This document shows, piece by piece, positions 16,333 to 22,257 of a stretch of 22,257 bases of DNA (position 1 is its first letter; each line of letters opens with the position of its first letter). A program made the position numbers and the translations under genes. A model generated the notes under the pieces. It worked only from the letters and a program-made list of their open reading frames with translations. It had not been told where the DNA came from and made no database searches. This stretch comes from Candidatus Sumerlaeales bacterium (GTDB taxonomy: Bacteria; Sumerlaeota; Sumerlaeia; Sumerlaeales; Sumerlaeaceae), in the NCBI GenBank assembly GCA_038243585.1, contig JBBSQY010000051.1, forward strand, positions 1-22,257. Direction: 5' to 3'.

Positions 16333-16896
16333 ATGAAAGTTTCACGCACACTTAACGGATTCACCGCAGCTGCATTTGCACTTTGTCTAATGGCCGGCTC
16401 TGTCGCCGTCGCCGAGGATTCGATGACGGCGAAGCCAGCCGTAATGAGCACCGGAACGAGCACCATGGCAGCACATTCTACCGATAAGAAAGATATCGTA
16501 GACACCGCTGTAGCCGCAGGCTCGTTCAATACCCTGGTCGCAGCGGTAAAAGCAGCTGACCTGGTTAGCACTTTAAAGGGTGACGGACCTTTCACCGTCT
16601 TCGCCCCAACGGACGAGGCTTTTGCCAAGTTGCCTGAGGGCGCAGTGGAAAATCTGCTTAAGCCTGAGAACAAGGAAAAGCTTAAGTCAGTCCTGACCTA
16701 TCACGTCGTATCTGGTAAGGTTGACGCAGCCGCCGCATCAAAGCTGACATCCGCTAAGACGGTTAACGGTGAAGAACTCACCATCAAAGTCGAAGATGGA
16801 ACAGTGATGATCGACAAGGCCAAAGTTACGAAGGCCGACATCATGGCGTCGAACGGTGTGATTCACGTTATCGACACGGTATTGATGCCTAAGTAA
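16333..16896 (+). CDS. Secreted fasciclin (FAS1) domain protein
   Basis: Signal peptide (…SVAVA-E), [19 protein letters not shown]1 motif [20 protein letters not shown]2 motif [23 protein letters not shown]. Confidence 0.95.
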   Translation: MKVSRTLNGFTAAAFALCLMAGSVAVAEDSMTAKPAVMSTGTSTMAAHSTDKKDIVDTAVAAGSFNTLVAAVKAADLVSTLKGDGPFTVFAPTDEAFAKLPEGAVENLLKPENKEKLKSVLTYHVVSGKVDAAAASKLTSAKTVNGEELTIKVEDGTVMIDKAKVTKADIMASNGVIHVIDTVLMPK

Positions 16897-16928
16897 TTGG
16901 CGCCACACCCGGCAATTATAGCCGGCAG

Positions 16929-16963
16929 GGCAGGTGGGTTAGTTTCCCACCTGCCTTTTTTTT
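16929..16963 (+). terminator. Rho-independent terminator
   Basis: Perfect 10-bp stem GGCAGGTGGG/CCCACCTGCC, 7-nt loop, T8 tail. Confidence 0.9.
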
Positions 16964-16991
16964 GTTTATGACGGGTTAGCCCGGACCTTTA

Positions 16992-19775
16992 TTACCACTT
17001 GGCCCTATGGGGTTTTCCTGTTTTGTAATCCGCTTGCTGCGCTTCGATGCGTCTAATTTCCAGTATCAGCTTTGCATCTTGTGCCATCTTTAACGCCTGG
17101 CCGGAAATGGCGACGGCTTTATCGTATTCTCCCGTTTCGGCGGCGGCGGCGGCCTGGCTTTGCATTACGAAAACATTTGCCTGACCCAGCATGGCGGCGG
17201 CTTCGTTGGCTTGCTGCTCAGCCTGGCGACCGTTTCGGAGGGCCGCATCTTCTGTGGTGGATAGCAGCCAGGCCATGGCGTTGAGCAGGCGCGCAGACGG
17301 TTGCCTGGACAGGGATTTTTCCAGTTCCGCTTTTGCGGCGGCGGCGTGCCCGGATGCGCGAAGCGCGGACACGTAATTGATCAAGGCTTCCTCGTTTCCG
17401 GGTTCCGCCTGATATGCCTGTCCGCTCCACAGAAGCGCCAGCTCAAACCGGTTGGCGTTGAGGGCTGTCTTTACGGCGGTAGACATGGCGACCGGCGCGG
17501 TGGTTTGTTTTGCGGCCTCGGTCAGACTGGCTCCCGCCGCGAATTGATCATTCGTTTCTATCTGCACCAGCGCCTTCGCGATCTGCGAAGAAAACAGAGC
17601 GCGATTCCCTGCTTTTGCAAGCGAAACAAGCGCTGTGTCGCTGCCGGCGCTTTTGCAGGCGGAGATAAGAAGGTCGAATGACTCGACGTTGTTCGGGTCC
17701 AGTTTCAGGGATTCCAGGGATGTCCAAATGGCCTCATCGGCGCGGCCGGTGGCCAGGGCACACTGCGCCAGGTGCATCCATCCGGCAGCGGCGGCGGGGT
17801 TTATGGCCAGGGCGGCCTTCGCTTCGGCCTCGGCGGGGACAAGTTCTCCACGACGGACGAAGATGCCGGCCAGGTTAAGGTGGGCGTTTTCGTCGAAGGG
17901 ATCCTGTACAACCGCTGCGCGGAAATAAGGCTCCGCCCCAGCGATATCTCCTGCCAGCAGCAGGCTTGTGCCGGCGCCGTTATGGGCGCGGGAAAGTCTG
18001 GGACCCAGTTCAATAGCTTTTTTATAGCACTTCAGGCTCTCAGTATAGTTGCCCATAATCTCGTAAAGGTCGCCCAGAGCCATTCGCGCCTGGGGGTTCT
18101 GAGGAAGCAATTTAACGGCCTGTTCGATATCCGCCCGCGCCCGGTCCATCTGGCCCAACATCTTGAAGGCCACGCCCCTTGTGTATACGGGAGCGAACTG
18201 GTCAGGCTGCTGGTTTAGATATTTATCCAGATGATCAATACCTTTGGTCAGATCGGCGGAGTTGCCGATATGAGCCAGACCCAGATACAGGTCGCGAACA
18301 GCGGGATCGATTTCCTTCGGATAATAAGGCACGACGTCACCCTTGTAATCCGCCGAGTGCTCCTTTTTAGGCGCGAGCAGTGTTTCGGGCGGAGGCGGTC
18401 GGCGCTGAATGAAGTGATCCGTCATGGTCACATGGACAGCATCATCGGTGCGCCGCTCGGGCATGTGGCATTGAATGCAATTGTCCTGCACTGGCAGACG
18501 GAGTTCGATTTTTTCGGTGCAATCGGCGGGCTTGTGGCATTCCAGGCAGGACTGAATGCCCGCATCGATCCGATCCGTTGGCACCCGGTGGGGATCATGG
18601 CAGGTGGTGCAGGTCATCTTGCCTTCGCTTTTGATAAAGCAGGGTGACATACGCATCCGATAGGCCTGACCGGCTATTTCGAATTTGTCGTCGTGGCCTG
18701 TGCCTTTCGGGTGATCAAAGGCATACCGGTATTCTTCCAGCGGCTCGCCCGGCCGGTAACCAAAGATGCCCTTGTCCAGGGCATGAACGGAATGGGGGAG
18801 TTTGCCGCTGGTGGTTTCGAGGTGGCATTGCATACAGGTTTCAAGCTGGAGCTCGTTGCTGAGGTTGGCCGGATTGACAATGGCTTCGCGAATGGCGGCT
18901 TCTGCGGCTCCGCCTTTGGCCAGCTTGACGTGGGCGGCGGCGGGGCCGTGACAGCGTTCGCAGTCGATGGCTTCCAGCTTTTCCGGAAACCACGCGGTTT
19001 CGCCATAATTAAACTGATCGGCTCCGGCGGGCAGATCGGGATAGGCTGCATGGCAAAACATACAGTCATAGGTAATGCGCCGGGAAAAGCTGATGTGCTG
19101 GGCGTTGTCATAGCCGGGGTTCATGGCCCACTGTTTTTCCTGGGTGTACCAGGCCACCGGCAATTGATACAATTTGCCGTCGGGCTCGCGGTGGACGTAA
19201 CTGCGGGAGTGGTTACCGGAGCCGACAACGTAGGTGATGTCTACTTTCTTCTCGTTGATTACGCTGCCATCGGGCGCCTTTTGAAACCGGGTTTGAAAAA
19301 ACTTCTCCCCTTCGTGGGTCATGCGAAAATACTGGTTGCTGGCCTCGTGGTGGAACTCGTTATTGGCGTCGTAATCTTCAATGATATTATCAGTAGTGGG
19401 AGGATACAAACTGCGGCCCATGGCGATATGTCCGTAGCTTTCGGCGATGCCGGCATGACATTCCGCGCAGGACGCGCCCCCCGCATAGCCGGCCTCCGGT
19501 CCCGTGGTGTCGGGAAACTTCGCGGCGGCTTGAGTGATCTCAGTCGCAGCTTGCTGGTCTGACTTTCCGTTGTTGAGGATTTTCAAATAGACGCTTGATC
19601 CGGCTGCGACAGCAACCAGCGTGGCGAGGGCCAGCGGCCACTTCCAGCCGGGGCCGCCGGAGGCTTTCCCTGTTATCGGATCTTTTGCGGGTGGGGTGGC
19701 CCCGGTAGTCGAGGCGGTTTTTTTCTTCCCCGCTTTCATCTCGTAAGATCGTTTGTTTGGGTTGTCTTGCGCCAT
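16992..19775 (-). CDS. Membrane-anchored multiheme c-type cytochrome with C-terminal TPR repeats
   Basis: N-terminal TM segment WPLALATLVAVAAGSSVYL. Seven CxxCH motifs (CAECH, CMFCH, CERCH, CMQCH, CTTCH, CLECH, CIQCH) and TDHFI. About 400 aa of TPR-like helices follow (…AVKLLPQNPQARMALG…AIELGPRLSRAHNGAG…). An alternative start is ATG 19739. Confidence 0.88.
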   Translation of the reverse strand: MAQDNPNKRSYEMKAGKKKTASTTGATPPAKDPITGKASGGPGWKWPLALATLVAVAAGSSVYLKILNNGKSDQQAATEITQAAAKFPDTTGPEAGYAGGASCAECHAGIAESYGHIAMGRSLYPPTTDNIIEDYDANNEFHHEASNQYFRMTHEGEKFFQTRFQKAPDGSVINEKKVDITYVVGSGNHSRSYVHREPDGKLYQLPVAWYTQEKQWAMNPGYDNAQHISFSRRITYDCMFCHAAYPDLPAGADQFNYGETAWFPEKLEAIDCERCHGPAAAHVKLAKGGAAEAAIREAIVNPANLSNELQLETCMQCHLETTSGKLPHSVHALDKGIFGYRPGEPLEEYRYAFDHPKGTGHDDKFEIAGQAYRMRMSPCFIKSEGKMTCTTCHDPHRVPTDRIDAGIQSCLECHKPADCTEKIELRLPVQDNCIQCHMPERRTDDAVHVTMTDHFIQRRPPPPETLLAPKKEHSADYKGDVVPYYPKEIDPAVRDLYLGLAHIGNSADLTKGIDHLDKYLNQQPDQFAPVYTRGVAFKMLGQMDRARADIEQAVKLLPQNPQARMALGDLYEIMGNYTESLKCYKKAIELGPRLSRAHNGAGTSLLLAGDIAGAEPYFRAAVVQDPFDENAHLNLAGIFVRRGELVPAEAEAKAALAINPAAAAGWMHLAQCALATGRADEAIWTSLESLKLDPNNVESFDLLISACKSAGSDTALVSLAKAGNRALFSSQIAKALVQIETNDQFAAGASLTEAAKQTTAPVAMSTAVKTALNANRFELALLWSGQAYQAEPGNEEALINYVSALRASGHAAAAKAELEKSLSRQPSARLLNAMAWLLSTTEDAALRNGRQAEQQANEAAAMLGQANVFVMQSQAAAAAETGEYDKAVAISGQALKMAQDAKLILEIRRIEAQQADYKTGKPHRAKW

Positions 19776-19938
19776 GGTAAAAAAGTTAGGTTCCCGGGAT
19801 ACCGAATATCAAGAAGGGAAATCCTGCGCGGGCGGTTTGTGCGGATTTAGAGAGTGTCGCTAATAGGAGGGAACTATAACTGACCTTTTCATCTGCAATT
19901 AGAAGATTTTATCCAGAAACTATAAGAAAAACCGCCAA

Positions 19939-22257
19939 TTATCGCTTTTTGGCGGAGGCGAGGGCGTCGGCGAACCAGTTTCCCTGCGGCGCTTTGGTCG
20001 GAGCCGTTGGCTGGGGCTTTTTTGTTTGTTGGGTTTGGCTTTGTGGTTTAAGATTCTGCGGTTTTGAGTTCTGAGGTTTGATATTTGTCCTTGGGTCGCG
20101 CGGTATGGAGGTTCCGGTTTCTGCGGATACGTTTTCTCTGGCTGGTTTTACTTCGGATTTCATGGTCAGGGCGATTCGTTTTCTGGCTGCGTCGACTTCC
20201 GTGACTGTTACCATAACTTTCTGGTGAACTTTTACGACTTCTGACGGATCCTTAACGAACTTGTCGGCCAGCTGGCTGACGTGGACCAGGCCGTCCTGGT
20301 GTACGCCTATGTCTACGAAAGCGCCGAAGGCGGTTACGTTAGTGACTATGCCAGGCAGTTTCATGCCGGGGCGGAGATCGTCCATCTTGTTTACCGTCTG
20401 GTCGAAGGCGAAGGCTTCAAATTTTTCGCGGGGGTCGCGGCCTGGTTTGCCAAGCTCCTGGAGGATATCGGTCAGAGTCGGGAGGCCTATGGTGTCTGTC
20501 GCGTAATTTTTCAGATCGATGCGGCTGCGCAGGGCTGTGTCGCGCATGAGATCGCCGACTTTGCAGCCGAGATCATCGGCCATTTTGCCCACCACTGCGT
20601 AGCTTTCCGGGTGGACGGCGCTGGCGTCGAGGGGATTTTTGCCGCCGCGAACCCGCAGGAATCCGGCGCTTTGTTCGAACGCTTTCGCGCCCAGGCGGGG
20701 CACCTTCTTCAGGGCGGCACGGGACGGGAAGGGTCCGTTTTCGTTGCGGTATTTTACGATATTGCCCGCGAGTTGCGGACCCAGACCGGAGACATAGGTG
20801 AGAAGTTGGCGGCTGGCTGTATTCAGCTCTACACCTACACCGTTAACGCAGCTTTCTACGATGTCATCCAGACCGCGTTTGAGGGCCTTTTGATCCACGT
20901 CGTGCTGATACTGCCCTACGCCGATGGATTTTGCGTCAATCTTGACGAGCTCCGCGAGGGGATCCATGAGGCGGCGGCCGATGGAAACGGATCCGCGGAC
21001 GGTGATGTCCTGGTCGGGAAATTCTTCCCTTGCCACGTCGGACGCAGAATAAATCGATGCGCCGCTTTCGTTCACCATGACGACCATGATGGTCGCGGGC
21101 AGTTGGAGGGATTGGATGAATTGTTCAGTTTCGCGACCACCAGTGCCGTTGCCGATTGCGATGGCCTCTATCTGAAACCGGTCTGCCAGGCCGCGGATGA
21201 TCTGTCCACCGGCGGCGGCCTCGCGTTCGGATTTTTGCAGGTAGACGATGTCCGTATGGAGCAGTGCGCCCTGGGCATCGAGGCATACGATTTTGCAGCC
21301 GGTACGCATTCCGGGGTCGATGGCCATTACCCGCTTTTGGCCGAGAGGCGGGGAGAGCAGGAGCTCGCGCAGGTTGTCTGCAAATACTTTGATGGCGACT
21401 TCGTCGGCGCGGCGTTTAAGGTCGGCGCGGACTTCGGTTTCCATGGCGGGGCCGAGCAGGCGGCCGAATGCGTCTTGCGCGGCGATGCGCACCTGGTCAG
21501 ACGCGGCGGTGGAGCCCTTCACCCATTGCGCCTGGAGCAACGTAAGGGCGTCCTGCTCTGGCGGCTGCACGGTCAGCTTCAGCACGCCTTCGTTTTCACC
21601 GCGCAGCATGGCCAGCAGTCGGTGGCTCGGTGCTTTAGACGCCGGTTCACTCCAGTCAAAATAGTCGCGAAAGCGGGCACCGGATTCTTCTTTGTCTTTG
21701 TGGGCCAGGCGAGATCCAACGGCGGCCTTGTGAAGAAACAGATCACGCATCCGGGTGCGAGTGGGGGCGTCTTCGCTGATGGTTTCAGCGATGATGTCCC
21801 GCGCGCCGGCGAGGGCGTCATCGGCGGTGGCCACGCCCTTCTCTTCACTAAGGAAATCGGCGGCCAGCACGGCAGGATCGGCATCGTTCTGTTCCATGAT
21901 CGCGGTGGCCAGGGGCTGGAGACCTTTCTCGCGAGCCATCATGGCGCGGGTGCGGCGCTTGGGGCGGAAAGGCAGATATATGTCTTCGAGGATGCTCATG
22001 GTATCTGCGTTAGCGATGGCGGCTTGAAGCTCCGGCGTGAGGAGGTCGCGCTCGGTCATACCGGCGATGATGGCTTCCCGGCGCTTGTCCAGATCGCGAA
22101 GCTGCTCAGCGCGGTCGCGGATGTTGGATACGGCCACCTCGTCCAGGCTGCCAGTCGCTTCCTTACGGTAGCGAGCGATGAAGGGGATAGTGCCGCCTTC
22201 ATCCAGCAGGGCCAGAACCGCAGTTACGCCGGCGGGGGGAATGCTCAACTCGGTGGC
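19939..22257 (-). CDS. tex: Tex family RNA-binding transcription accessory protein (5'-truncated by the window edge)
   Basis: Motifs LLDEGGTIPFIARYRKEATGSLDE, YLPFRPKRRTRA, YqgF-like AIDPGMRTGCK, VNESGASIYSAS, SIGVGQYQHDV, HhH region and S1 domain (GIVTNVTAFGAFVDIGVHQDGLVHVS). The frame is open to the window end, so the true start lies outside. Confidence 0.97.
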   Translation of the reverse strand, partial: ATELSIPPAGVTAVLALLDEGGTIPFIARYRKEATGSLDEVAVSNIRDRAEQLRDLDKRREAIIAGMTERDLLTPELQAAIANADTMSILEDIYLPFRPKRRTRAMMAREKGLQPLATAIMEQNDADPAVLAADFLSEEKGVATADDALAGARDIIAETISEDAPTRTRMRDLFLHKAAVGSRLAHKDKEESGARFRDYFDWSEPASKAPSHRLLAMLRGENEGVLKLTVQPPEQDALTLLQAQWVKGSTAASDQVRIAAQDAFGRLLGPAMETEVRADLKRRADEVAIKVFADNLRELLLSPPLGQKRVMAIDPGMRTGCKIVCLDAQGALLHTDIVYLQKSEREAAAGGQIIRGLADRFQIEAIAIGNGTGGRETEQFIQSLQLPATIMVVMVNESGASIYSASDVAREEFPDQDITVRGSVSIGRRLMDPLAELVKIDAKSIGVGQYQHDVDQKALKRGLDDIVESCVNGVGVELNTASRQLLTYVSGLGPQLAGNIVKYRNENGPFPSRAALKKVPRLGAKAFEQSAGFLRVRGGKNPLDASAVHPESYAVVGKMADDLGCKVGDLMRDTALRSRIDLKNYATDTIGLPTLTDILQELGKPGRDPREKFEAFAFDQTVNKMDDLRPGMKLPGIVTNVTAFGAFVDIGVHQDGLVHVSQLADKFVKDPSEVVKVHQKVMVTVTEVDAARKRIALTMKSEVKPARENVSAETGTSIPRDPRTNIKPQNSKPQNLKPQSQTQQTKKPQPTAPTKAPQGNWFADALASAKKR

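Noticed and set aside
9579..16905. Shared 13-mer GTAATTGGCGCCA at 9579-9591 and 16893-16905
   Set aside because: A few 13-mer matches are expected by chance in 22 kb, and the contexts differ (promoter region versus stop codon).
1..22257. CRISPR arrays, tRNA/rRNA genes, IS elements, defence systems
   Set aside because: No regularly spaced repeats, cloverleaf or rRNA signatures, or transposase, integrase or defence-gene motifs were seen.

Overview
A 22 kb bacterial chromosomal window that is mostly glycan utilisation and cell-envelope genes. The host is probably a diderm. The amidase C-terminal tail and the NgcE-type transporter suggest Ca. Sumerlaeota/BRC1, but that is from recall and unverified. 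In order, the window holds: the 3' end of a phage terminase large-subunit-like gene with no portal gene after it; a large secreted amidase_3/CBM-like/FN3 protein ending in an unusual 'SSVEDWSLF' tail; a secreted GH2; an NgcEFG-like sugar ABC operon without an ATPase (minus strand); a Tat-exported Cys-type sulfatase, an anaerobic sulfatase maturase and a GH33 sialidase; a divergent xylose-isomerase-family enzyme; a CarH/LitR-like MerR-B12 regulator divergent from a fasciclin gene; a 7-CxxCH multiheme-TPR protein; and a 5'-truncated tex. The best leads are the putative C-terminal sorting tail, the B12-photoreceptor/fasciclin divergon with a palindromic operator candidate, the apparently orphan terminase, and the XylA-like enzyme with an altered metal and substrate site. 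No CRISPR array, tRNA, rRNA or intact IS was seen.
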